A stretch of DNA of 64,000 nt from the human T2T-CHM13v2.0 reference genome, Homo sapiens, in assembly GCF_009914755.1 (NCBI RefSeq), contig NC_060934.1; one strand, given 5' to 3'. Position 1 is the first letter of the stretch. Each line of letters begins with the position of its first letter. Of this stretch, positions 28,243-47,249 are shown in pieces. The position numbers and the translations under genes are program-made. Below the pieces are notes generated by a model. The model was not told the DNA's origin and searched no databases. It saw only the letters and a program-made list of their open reading frames with translations.

Positions 28243-28335
28243 GTTTCAGAGATTAGACCGTATATATCTAAATGCTGGGATCATGCCTAATCCACAACTA
28301 AATATCAAAGCACTTCTCTTTGGCCTCTTTTCAAG
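28243..28335 (+). pseudogene. HSD17B7P2: HSD17B7P2 exon 3 ([31 protein letters not shown])
   Basis: ttgcag acceptor, 93 nt, AG|GTAATT donor; SDR NAG motif. Confidence 0.95.
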
Positions 28336-28927
28336 GTAATTTTCATTTTATGGATGAACTGATTGGAAGGAATGTGTTCATTTTTCTGCCTAGTTTTGAT
28401 GGCGTGTTAAGTTGGGGGGATGAAAGGTAAGGGGTTGTTGAAAAGGTTGAAGACAGAAAAAGGAGATGTTGCAACCATTATCATGAAAGAAAAGCAATCC
28501 TCTTTTGTGGGGAGTGCTGAAAGTCCCATTTTTTATGGTATTCTAAGTCTCCAGGACATTCTAAATGGTTTAGAAGGTCATTTTTTGGTCTGCCTGGATA
28601 TGCCTATTAGCAAGAACATTTTGAAATTAGGCAGAGTTCTCAGAGAGACTCCAATTTCCAGGAAAGTTACTTTGAACTATTTCCCAGATGTATGTCAGGT
28701 GCTCTGACAAGTAGGTTGGGGAAATGCAGACAACTAATGTTTCCTGGGAGATTCTTGTTACTCATTAGTGTAGTGGCTTTCCAAAATGTTGAAACACAAC
28801 CAGGAGAATTCTTATTTATAGGAATAAATCTTACTTTGTGACCCAATACACTTATTCATAAATAGGCATTCTTACTATGTGCTGCTTACTATACCAATGC
28901 TTTTGCTTTACTTCTTTTCCATTAAAA

Positions 28928-28943
28928 GACAGACAGACAGACA

Positions 28944-28993
<50 letters not shown>

Positions 28994-28998
28994 CTCTG
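28928..28998. repeat. (GACA)n(CA)n microsatellite
   Basis: Read directly from sequence. Confidence 0.97.
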
Positions 28999-29490
28999 TC
29001 TCTCCCCACATTGATCTTGACCTACTAAATTGACCTCCCAGCAGAACACTATATTAATATGTTTGAAGAATTCCCAGTTAAACAAACAATCTGTTTAACT
29101 CTTTTTTTGACAGTTAAACATACTTCATGCACAGGAAAACTTTTTTCCCTTTGGCATAGCTTATTATTCCTTTAGAACAGTTTACCTGTAACCTGATTGG
29201 GAAAGAGGTGAAGAGAATTTTAGCAGCAGGTTTTTGAGAGACTCAAGTTCCTATTGGTAGCGTGAGCTATAAGTATGTAAGTATTTCTGTGAATTAGTGG
29301 GGGGAAGGAGGGTCTTTGGCATTTCATTTAATACAATAACCCAGTCTGAGAAATAGGTATTTTTATTCCTGTCATTACAGAATCAAGGGAGGTGTAGTTT
29401 ATGAGTCGGGGGGATGGGTTGGAAAGTGTTTTCAGTATTTCCAGTTAAAGAAGCTTTAAAAAGTCATGCAATTATCTTCTGCTGTTTCAG

Positions 29491-29605
29491 AAAAGTGATT
29501 CATATGTTCTCCACAGCTGAAGGCCTGCTGACCCAGGGTGATAAGATCACTGCTGATGGACTTCAGGAGGTGTTTGAGACCGATGTCTTTGGCCATTTTA
29601 TCCTG
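29491..29605 (+). pseudogene. HSD17B7P2: HSD17B7P2 exon 4 ([11 protein letters not shown]...[12 protein letters not shown])
   Basis: gtttcag acceptor, 115 nt, TG|GTAAAG donor. Confidence 0.95.
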
Positions 29606-29799
29606 GTAAAGAAGCTGTGGGCTTAATAAGCTAATATTTGGTGTGATAGTTCCTGTAAAGCTCTGGGCACAGGGCATTATTATAGTTGAGCAGCCAGTTA
29701 ACTGATTTAATCTCATGTTTGAGTTTTCTTGATTGCATTTGCCTTGTTTATTGTGAGCATGGAATACTTCTGGAAGCTTTCCTAGTAGATTTTTCTTTA

Positions 29800-31350
<1,551 letters not shown>

Positions 31351-31428
31351 CATACAGTACAGTGGTTTCAAAATTTTTATCTGTATTCTGTCAGTATATT
31401 TTAATACTTTTTTTTTTCTTTCACCCAG

Positions 31429-31624
31429 ATTCGGGAACTGGAGCCTCTCCTCTGTCACAGTGACAATCCATCTCAGCTCATCTGGACATCATCTCGCAAT
31501 GCAAGGAAATCTAATTTCAGCCTCGAGGACTTCCAGCACAGCAAAGGCAAGGAACCCTACAGCTCTTCCAAATATGCCACTGACCTTTTGAGTGTGGCTT
31601 TGAACAGGAACTTTCAACCAGCAG
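31429..31624 (+). pseudogene. HSD17B7P2: HSD17B7P2 exon 5 with catalytic YSSSK motif and +1 frameshift
   Basis: [27 protein letters not shown]...[20 protein letters not shown]. Reads AACTTTCAACCAGCAG where in-frame NFNQQ needs AAC TTC AAC CAG CAG; exon is 196 nt. Confidence 0.95.
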
Positions 31625-32675
31625 GTAAGGCCTGTCTCAGTGACGGAAATGGCAGAGGAGGGTTCTCTTAATTACCTGCTGTTGATTTCCTAATAAGGTA
31701 GCTGGCTTTCCACTAACTCTTGTAGTTTAGATTGATATTTGGTGTATATGAAAGTGTTAGGGCAGAGATAATTGGCTCCTGACATTATAGTTATAGGTAG
31801 TTCATTCATCATTCTGTGGTTCTTCAGGAATTCTAACTTATGTTAACAGAGTGACACTACTAAAAGTGATAATAGCTACTGTTTTGGTACTTGCTGTGTT
31901 TCAGGTGCTGTATTCGTCTGTGTATGTCATTAAATACCTGCCTCATTACATGGAGGTGGGTCTAAGTATTACCATTTTCAGATGAGGACACTAAATCTCG
32001 GAGAACTTAAGTCATTTACCTGATGGTCACACAACTTGTAAATGGTAGAGCTCAGAATTGAGCCCGAGGCTGACTTTATAGCTTGGACTTTTCCCACTGT
32101 ACCATGCTGCCTCCTAGTGTTTGTCATAGCAGACGTTTATAGGACAGTCAAGTAGTTATAAAACCTTCTAGATAGTGGTGGTTTTAGCTAAGACTCCAGA
32201 GCTCTGTCTCTATGAGGATCTCAGTTTATGGGATGTTTTTCAGGGGATGGCGACCCTTGTTGGTCATACTGAGTCCTTGTTGCCACTATGGTTTGCAGCT
32301 TACTGCTTCTTTGTATGTCTCTGTTGCCCAGGTCTAAATTCTGACCTGAAAATCTCCAGTCTTCCCCTTGGACATTTTCTTTTGTTTGCTTTGATTAACA
32401 GCGTTGTATGAGTATGGGGCTATGGAGAAGTTTAATTTCACTAACATTTACAAAAGACCTATCATGTTTAGGGCACTGGGCCAGGTTTAGGGTTGAGGAG
32501 GAAAGTGAAATAAGAAGATGATCAAGAATTATGTTTTACTTCAACGGAGCTTCTTGGATCATGAATTAGACATAGAAATATAACTCTTACGTGATGGTCT
32601 AGACCTGGCTTATTCTGGAATTGCTACCTTTATCAGGTGTTATTCTGTGTTCTGGCTCTTAGAATGATGCCCCCC

Positions 32676-32956
32676 TTTTTTTTTTTGAGACAGAGTCTCA
32701 TTCTGTTGCCCAGGCTGGAGTGCAGTGGCACAATCTTGGCTCGCTGCAACCTCTATCTTCTTAATTCAAGTGATTCTTGTGCCTCAGCTTCTCGAGTAGC
32801 TGGGATTACAGGGATGTGCCACCACACCCAATTTTTGTGTTTTTAGTAGAGACAGGGTTTTACTATGTTGGCCAAGCTGGTCTCGAACTCCTGACCTCAG
32901 GTATCTGCCTGCCTCAGCCTCCCAAAATGCTGGGATTACAGTGCTTGCACCCAGCC
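32676..32956 (-). mobile_element. AluS, intron 5
   Basis: Antisense Alu; TSD GAAT(G/C)ATGCC. Confidence 0.92.
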
Positions 32957-33179
32957 TGAATCATGCCTCTTATAAAGTTGAAGCTAAGAGCATACTTTCT
33001 AGAACTGAATTTGAATCCTGACTCTTTGTAACCCTAGGCATATTATTTAATCTCCCTATGCCTCAGTTTCCTCATCTGAAAAATAGGGATAGTAATAGTG
33101 CCTGCCTCACAGATTTATTGGGAAGATTGACTGAGGGGGATCTGTATGAAGCACTCACAGCAGTGTTTTGTATTCAGAA

Positions 33180-33400
33180 TGTGAGTTTGTATGTACATGT
33201 GTCTGTACAAATATGTACATGTGGATATACATGAGTGTGGGTATGTATTTGTGTGCCTACCCATGTGTAGCGGGTTCATATGTACATGTACAGGTTTTGT
33301 GGGTGTGTGCACATGTGTTTGTGAATGTATTTTTTGGGTGTGTGCATGTGTGTAGGTGTCAGTGCATGTGGTCTGCACATGCATGTACATGTTCTTGTAT
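33180..33400. repeat. Degenerate (TG/TA)n low-complexity tract
   Basis: Alternating purine-pyrimidine runs next to a MIR (about 33000-33170). Confidence 0.85.
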
Positions 33401-35118
33401 TGGCTGTTAATATTGCAGGTTGGACTCAGCATGTTGGCCCAATTGTGCACCTCCTTCTGAAGTTTCTTGAGATGTTTAAAAACTTGTCACAACTGCTTCC
33501 TGATACTCTGAGAACTCCCTTTTAGAGGGATTAGCTTTTCCTTTCATAAAAAGGTCTGGGATTCTATTTAAGTCTCAATTATCAAGTAAGCTTTGGGATT
33601 TTATCTTTTACGAAGGAGGGAGATTTAGCTATTGCTTGTAAAATCTGTTGAGATTGGTTCTCAGCCAATGACTTTTTCTTCTTGGCCTTTATGAGGAAAG
33701 AAGCAGCTGAGAAAGAATAACATTACAGGATTCCTTTTGAAGCCCTGTGTTACTGGAAATGTTGTCAGGTTCTATATAGACTGCCTGATAGACTTTAATT
33801 ATCCATGCATGCTCCCCCACTCAAGCTGTATAGAAATATTCAGGATCATCACAATTAATCCCTATAATTAAACAAATGGAAGGATACAGTCTTGGTTAAG
33901 ATTGTCTTCTTCTTTCTTTTTTGTTTATCTCTCAACATCAGAGAATTATATACGTTGGAAACGCTGGATTTTAGTTTGAAGATTTCTTTGTTTAGGACAG
34001 AATAGTCCCCAAGTGATCCTAGGAAGCGCCTAGAATAAGAACTTTTCCTTAGCTGTTTTAGCGGCAGAGTACATTATTTGCTTAGGAAAAACTTTTGGAC
34101 TATCATGAGGATAAGTCTTAGCTCTTGACTTTTTTCTAGAGGATTGTTGGTAAATCAAGGGGATTCTCAGGGATGGTTGATCCATGTCAGGCAGTGCCAA
34201 GCCTCTGCAGTACCAAATAAAGGATGAAAAGCCTCCAGGTTCTGTTGCTTAGGGTGCTGTCTGTCCGTTGAACTGTCTGTTAAACTGGCACTTCCTATTT
34301 TTTTATTTAAAAGAAAAAATGAGTTTAAAAATGATAAAAATGAGTTAAAATAGTCAATATCAAAATAAAGTAAAATGTATAGTATAAATTAAACTAAATA
34401 AAATAGTAAAACAAATCCCAATAAGAGGCATGATCCCAGGGCTCCAGGACTTAACTATAGATCACATAGGACCCTTTGGATTAACCTAAGCTCTGTGTTA
34501 ATTGGGGCTCTCTTTGTAGGGTGGAACTTTCTAAAATGAGTTCTAGGCTAAGGACCTGATTTAGAGATCTTCAGTTGGAGAAAGTTTTGTGATAGCACAT
34601 ACAGCCTAATGCCGGGAGCACCCACCTCAAGCTAGAGGTATGGGTCTTATGTACTTGCAGGGAAACAGACACATACTTTAGGTTTAGCTGTCTATTTATT
34701 AGGCCAGAAACTTCTCGAAGGCAAGGACTGTACTCCGTACATCTTTTAATCTTAAATGCTCATTATGATTAAAAAGCTGATCTTCAGTTAAGCCAATAAT
34801 AGGGAAAACTCAGATAACCAGGCCCTGCTTTTCTCCCCCAGCTTTAAGATTGGTTATTTTTTATACTGCAAGGTTCATGAGAATAGAGACTTTGTCCCAC
34901 TAATTTTTGCATCCTGGGTGCCTCTCACAGTGGGTTCTCTTAATACATGATTCTTCAACATAAACGTTTTACCCAACTTCAGAGACAACTCAGAACATAA
35001 ATTCTTTATTACCTGACTTCTGGCTCATGTACATACCTCTTTTATTAACTAGCATGTAGCTGGACTGAGTCAATATACACTGAGTTAAAGTCTCATTGCT
35101 ACACCTCTCTGTTCCTAG

Positions 35119-35223
35119 GGTCTCTATTCCAATGTGGCCTGTCCAGGTACAGCATTGACCAATTTGACATATGGAATTCTGCCTCCGTTTATATGGACAC
35201 TGTTGATGCCGGCAATATTGCTA
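35119..35223 (+). pseudogene. HSD17B7P2: HSD17B7P2 exon 6 ([10 protein letters not shown]...LMPAILL), hydrophobic segment, GC donor
   Basis: ttcctag acceptor, 105 nt, donor reads CTA|GCAAGT. Confidence 0.93.
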
Positions 35224-35947
35224 GCAAGTGATGAATACTTCTTTTCTTAACTCATAAAAATCTCTTTTTGGGACCTAGAAGATATGTTTAAAGGTTGGGA
35301 AATGATTTAAGGAATTGAACCTGAATGCCATTTAACTTGAGGTTTTTGAACTTAATGTGAAACCTCTGCTTAATATTTCTAAGTGTTACTGCCACACCAC
35401 CATTTGAGTGTCCACTTCTCTTTAAAGGAATGTTTCATTGCTCATGCACCACAGATCCCAAGAGTTCTGTAATCATATAATTTTAGAAAACCCATGTTGA
35501 ACATTGTTAAACTGGACTTCTCTAAGTTTTCAAACTGATCCTGTGCATCAAAAGTTCCCAAGAAGGGGATAATTGTGTACTATGTAACTATACAACCATA
35601 TTTTTGTTTTGTGATTTGAACGTCTTGCAGGACCATTGTTTCTGTGGCACATCTTGAAAAATGCTACTTTTAGGAATGATTCTCTCTTTAGGGCTCAGGA
35701 AGAAGTGTCTCTTCCTTAGGGCAGGCATAAAGTAAAGATCAGAAGTAAATAGGCCTTCATGTTAAAAGTAGTTGATTTGGAATAATGGAGATTAAATGAT
35801 GTTTCTTTTTTGACTTCTTTATTTTTTGTTACTTAAAAAGTGTTCTATAATCAGAAAGGCAGGGTTTTTAAAAATATTTAAATGAATAATTCTTTCATGA
35901 CTCTATTCTAAACCACCAAAAAATAACTGTTGTTTTCTTTTCTGCAG

Positions 35948-36004
35948 CTTCGCTTTTTTGCAAATGCATTCACTTTGACACCATATAATGGAACAGAAGC
36001 TCTG
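35948..36004 (+). pseudogene. HSD17B7P2: HSD17B7P2 exon 7 (LRFFANAFTLTPYNGTEAL)
   Basis: tctgcag acceptor, 57 nt, TG|GTATGT donor. Confidence 0.95.
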
Positions 36005-37069
36005 GTATGTTACTGAAGTTTTTATAACTTGTATGATGACTTAGCAGATGTGAATTATAGGTTCACTCGTAGTAGAAATAATTTCAACAGAAAAGATAAT
36101 AAGAGAATAAGCTCTGTGAATAATTGAGGTCCCGTTTGGAACTAAAGTGGACTATAAGGCTAAGCACAGAACATTAGGAGTGAAGTTTGCAAGTTTAACA
36201 TCTACCATGGCACTGGGCACCATGACTGTAGGGAAAGCACTTCTTTAGAGGCAAGATACACCAGCAGCTAGAGGAGAGACAGAGCAATGGGAAGCTGGAG
36301 GGACAGGCAGAGCAGGACGGTGACTGCACAATCAGTCTGTGATTTCCCGTGGAGAAAGAGCATTTTGTGGGTCAAGAGCCAGGACAACAAGGTTCAACAC
36401 CATTCCCCTCTATAAAGATTTTCTTCCCTCTCTTAGAAGATCAAGTTGTTATTTTATTAGGAAGCCAGTGGAGTTAAATCACACGTGGCAAATGGGTTGC
36501 ATGTGTCTCCTCATCAATGGCAGACATTACTAATGGGCTATAATACTCCTTTCTGCTATACACACGTGATGTCTCTGAATATTCTTCAACCCAGAGCTCC
36601 AGAGGCAGCCTCTACTAACGGTTCAGAATTGTCATACATAAAAAGTCCATTGTATCTGAGTCAGTTCTTTACATTTGTCTCCCTCATTCCATTGAACTCC
36701 TTCAGGATTTTTGCTATTCACTTTGGAAACCTGAGGACCTAGCATTGTAGTACTTAGTAGATTCTTAAATCTTAATTGAGATTAGCTAAGGAAAACATAA
36801 ATGGAATTGGCTTTGATGCTCTTGTTTTGGTAAGTGTTACAGAAATAAATACATTTATTGTGGGAATACAAATTGGTTGTAGAAGCAAGTGCTTTTAAAC
36901 TATATTTTAATTGGTTCTCAATATATTTGCCAAACCATTCACTGATGATATTTGAGAGGATGTTTATAATTTGTCTGGGGAGCTCTATAAAGTGCAGATA
37001 GTGACTCTCCACCAGCCTCACTCACCTTGGGCAGAAGAAACAAATCATTGACACATCCTTCCTTTCCAG

Positions 37070-37168
37070 GTATGGCTTTTCCACCAAAAGCCTGAATCTG
37101 TCAATCCTCTGATCAAATATCTGAGTGCCACCACTGGCTTTGGAAGAAATTACATTATGACCCAGAAG
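37070..37168 (+). pseudogene. HSD17B7P2: HSD17B7P2 exon 8 ([33 protein letters not shown])
   Basis: tttccag acceptor, 99 nt, AG|GTAAAT donor. Confidence 0.95.
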
Positions 37169-38640
37169 GTAAATGTGCTTACATTGTTGCACTGATGTTT
37201 GCTGTTGGGTTGATGAATTAAGCCCGTGTTCCTGACCAGCCCCTCAGCCCCCCAGCTTCGCTTCTCTGGGTACTCACTGTTCACCAGCATCACACGGGCC
37301 TGATTTTATTTCATCCTGCTCTCTCCTGCTTCTCGCACATCTTATTCCCCCGACTTGAGCTGCTCTCAGCCTCTCGATGATTGATTTGTGCTCATCCTTC
37401 AGATCAGTTTATCCCATAGCCTTTAGTGACCCCGTAGACTGGGCCTGGGTGCCTCTGTAATAGGCTTTCTTGACATCTCATACCTGTTGCAGATCATGCT
37501 TGTTCACCTTCGGGTTCCCCTGTCAGAATGTAAGCTCTGTGAGGAGGAGGGTCGTACCCCATTTCCTAGCAGGCTGCCTTACACACGGTAGACGCTCAGT
37601 AAATACGTTGCAAGTTGAATGAAATATGAAGTGTTTTTCTGTGTGAAGTTAACTTCCCTTTGAGTATTCAATTCTGCTTGTGACAATTGTCAGCTTTAAT
37701 AGATGGTGTTTTGAGGAGGAACAGAATAATGTGCAGAAAAAAAAGTCAGTACTGTGTTTTTTAGACTTGGTATAATCTAAAATGAAATCAAACATAGAGT
37801 TACATACTGGGGAATAAGAAAATTTATTTTAAACTAAGAGAACTACTTTGTTGTACTTTTGTCATGCGTAAGGTTTATTTCAGCCCCTGATTTTCCACTG
37901 TCCAGCCTGTTGTGAGGAGACATTAGCATAAGATAAAATGAGATTGAGGTGACTGTTATCGCAGGTAAGTCAACTAACTGGCATTGATCTTGGCCTCTGT
38001 TAGTAGCATGAGTTAAAAGGGGAGCCATGCACTTGGCTTCCTGTGCTATCTGTTCACTAAAAGTGAACCTTCCAGGTTTTTCAAAATATGTTCTGTGGGA
38101 TACTAGTTTCCTGAGAAGATTTGCAAGAAGTAGTTCCTCTAGCAAGTAAAATGGAACCATGCTTCATATTACATTCCCCTCTTTCAGAGACTTGTACAGC
38201 ATACATCAGCAAAGTAAAGGCTGTGAGAAGTTGAAACAGTTAAGAAATGTGTGTGAAATATTTTATCCTGCTGTTTTCAGTACTTCACCATGAATTTTTT
38301 TTTAAAGCAAATTTTACATAACCTGTAACATCCCTTTGGGGAATTCTATTGTAAACTAATAGCTTACTTTAGGCTAGCAGGGTGTATTTGAACTTACTAT
38401 CTATTAACTTAGAATGAATGATTTGTTTATCAAGGGGAAAATGTTTAGTTGTACAAACTGACATACTCATTAGCATTTTATGGAAATGCATTGAAGAAAG
38501 TATTTTAACCTTTGATTAATTTGGGGAAGTCAGCTTTCTCTTCTGTTAAAAGATGGGGTTGAACTAGAAGAGTTCTGTAATGCTTCTTCCAGTTCCATTA
38601 TGGAAAAACTCTAACTTGATTGAAGATAAATGTTACTTTC

Positions 38641-43055
<4,415 letters not shown>

Positions 43056-44074
43056 AAATGTTATTTTCAAAATGTTCAAAAGTTTATTTAATTTTTAGCC
43101 TTTCAATTTTGTGAACAAAGAGGCTGTTCTTGAAGTTTAGGCTCTGTGTTGGCTTGATAAAAGGATATCACTATTTTAAAAGGGCTGAAAGTTTGCCTGT
43201 ACATACTGTCGAGATTTTCTGCATGAAACACAAGAATGTAAAATAACTATAGATTAAACTAGATAGAATCTTAAATTTCTTGCCTGTAAAAGCATTTAGG
43301 AGAGAGGCAGTCTCAGGCTGCCATGGCAAGTCCACAAATTGTCAGGTACTCAAGTTCCTTGCAATCACCACCTGGCCATCTTTAGGGCGTGGCCCTCAGG
43401 CTTGTGGCTCGAGAGTGGTATGGAAGAAGGGAAGAAAAAAGGGATGCTTTATTTCTCTTGAAGAGACTCCAGGTATTATTTACATCTCACTAGCCAGAAC
43501 ATAGTCTCATGGCTCTGGCACCCATTGTTTCAATGGGGGCTGAAGTATCGTCTTATATCCAGAGGGCAGTGAGCCCAGCTAAAACCAGGGCTCTTTTACT
43601 AAGCCAGATTGATATTAGGAAGTGAGTAGTCGTTAAAAATTCACAAAACTCTTGATTTTTCTGTTTTGTCCTTTGATAACACAGTTGGTTGGTGTCTTCT
43701 GTTACTGGGCATATAAAAGTTGGGGGAGATAGCAAAACTCAGATCTTTCAGTCTTGCTGTTTAAGGGAAGCATCAGTGGGTTTGGTTGGTGAGTGTTGGA
43801 ACTGAGACTGAGATTTAGTATGTCTTCAGGCTCTCAGCTTCTTCCACGTGTCTGCCACCGTGGCCCTTTCTTGCTGCCTCCTTTCTTTTTATTTCATATA
43901 TTGAATGCCTTTTTTTTATACAAATACTATTCATCTTATTTTTCCTTTCTAGACATCTCTATGTTTGCTTCTTTTCCAGATGGACCTAGATGAAGACACT
44001 GCTGAAAAATTTTATCAAAAGTTACTGGAACTGGAAAAGCACATTAGGGTCACTATTCAAAAAACAGATAATCA

Positions 44075-44494
<420 letters not shown>

Positions 44495-44568
44495 CTATGA
44501 CTCTCTTTTCCTTCCTTTTGGAATTATCTCCAAGACTGTGTATGTGTATGCATATGAGAAAAAGATTG

Positions 44569-44877
<309 letters not shown>

Positions 44878-47249
44878 TTAATTAGTTATTCTCTAGAGTG
44901 GTATCACATCAAAATTATTAGAGTTCTTTTCTGAAAGATTTTATGTAAAAATAAAAATTATTCGAGTCACCCAACAGAGTATCTGTTTATATTATTCTGC
45001 CAACTGGGGCCTAAGCTGTGCTCCATGGGACAAGAGGTGGACTTGAATAATTGTGACACAGGCACACACTGCTCCTTTCTTTGGCCTGCCCCCAGCAAAA
45101 GGAAGTACTGCCCACTATCTGAGTGGCAGTCGGAACTTCGTTGCTTTATGAGCAATTTTTTTAGCTCTTTTGCCTTATTTCTTCCTCCATATGTTGCTTC
45201 TGACAATCTTAAGATTGTTAGAATCCTAACAATCCTCATGTGGGTGCCCATGTGGTTAATAACAAAAACCAAATAGATAGATGTTTGGGTCACTTGAATT
45301 ATTTCTTGTTTAAAAAATATCTTTTATTGATTCTGAGGGAGTTCATGCTAATATTGGGCCCGACCCTTAACACTATTTGCATATTTATTAGTGACCAACA
45401 CATTTTCATGATCATATCTTAATAGTTGTAAACTTGCAGCAAGAAATTATTCACTCACATTAAGTTTCAATAAAATTTTCTAACTGGGTAACTGCTGGTG
45501 TAAGGTACACTATAGTGAGGATTTAGTTTACATGTATCAGATAATCATGCAAACTTTATAAATTTTCAAAGAACCACACCCCAGGCCTCATTTGATATGA
45601 AGAAAAATGATAAAATGCTGTATATTTTTACTTTAAATATAACCAATGTAATGCCTGAAATCTAAAGTCAGTAAAATTTTGAATGACTTGACAAAAGTAA
45701 AAAATGATATATAATTTCCTCACAGTTTAAAGTATGAAGCTTTTGGTTCTAGTTTCTCTAATTTTGTTGTTAAAGGTTTTCTATAAACATTCTGTAAGTG
45801 AAAATGAGAGCTGCACACCACTGTGTCCACCGTCTTTGGGAGAGAAGGGTGAAGTTGACCTGAAATCAGAGCTGTTTTTCACTCTTCCATTCACTCACAT
45901 TGTAAATTTGGAAGAAGCACATTATCTGTTGTGAATCTCAGGTTCCTCATATGTAAAGTGGAGTGGTTATCTTTTTGCTGCTTCTACTCATGGGTATGGA
46001 GTGAAGATTTAATGCAATAATATATGTGAATGAATAAAGAGCTTTTTTTGGCACATTGTAATAATTTTTACTGGAGATTGAATATGCCAGAGTATCATGG
46101 TTCAAATGCTACGGTGTAAGGCACTGAGTGATCACTTCCTATCTGGTAGAGTTGGTTAATTTTCCAAGTTTGACCCGGAAGCAGCATCTGATCAAGTGGG
46201 AGGGCATGGTGGGAGGAGTATGGGCTTTAGGGCTGGGAAGACCTTGGATCAGATTAGGATTTAGCCAGTTAACTATCTGTATGGAGTTCGAGACCAGTTG
46301 TATAACTTTGGGCAAGTTACTTCAATGTGTACCTCAGTTTAATTACATAAAGTATTGATGCCAGTGCCTACCTTGCAGAATTGTGATAATATCCTAGTAG
46401 GTGCACAGTCAATGCAAATTGGTACTGAATTCTGTTCTACGTTAAGTACCCAAAAGGAAGCTTTAAACATGAACCAATCTTGATTTCACGTCATTGATGA
46501 TGTGTCACTAGGTTGGTGCTGTGCGTATTTTCTGAGCCATTTTATCCAATTTCCTCAAAATAGGGAACACTCCCTTCCCACACTCCCAAATGATGTACCT
46601 GTATAATTGGTTCCTTTCATTAAACAATCCTAGGTTTCACTGTTTTTGTATCTGACTGGAGTAGTAAGTTAAAGATTCAACTGCTAGGAAGTTGGATTTC
46701 AGCAGATGCCTGCTTTCTGCCTTGATCTGGTACATTTATTTTGATTTCCAATGGGTTCAGTATAATTCATTCATTCCACAGATGAGCACCGACCACATGC
46801 CAGGCACTGCTGGGTTTTGAGGATATAGAAGTTAACATATGAATGATAGAGTGAGACATCTCAAATGCTTCTAGGCATTCTAGAAAGAATTGAGAACATG
46901 GGAAAGAGGCAACTTTGAGGAGATGAAGGCTGAGTTTTTTTTTTTTTTTTTTTTTAGAATTGATGGAAGCCATGATCATCAGATTCAGGAAAAATGGCAA
47001 GTTCCACACAAGATAGACACAGATAAAGAAAAACCTAGACATAGTGAAACTGCAGAGAACCAAAGAAACTAACTTGCAAAAACAACTGGAGACAATAGAT
47101 TATTGACAAAAATCACTGGGTGGATTAGCTAATGCCTATAATCCCAGCACTTTGGGAGGCCAAAGTGGAAGGATAGCTTAAGGCCAGGAGTTAGAGACCA
47201 GCCTGGGCAACATAACGAGATGCTGTCTTTACCAAAAATAAATCATTTC

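Noticed and set aside
33115-33525. His/Thr- and Cys/Val-rich ORFs
   Set aside because: Translation of a degenerate (TG)n tract.
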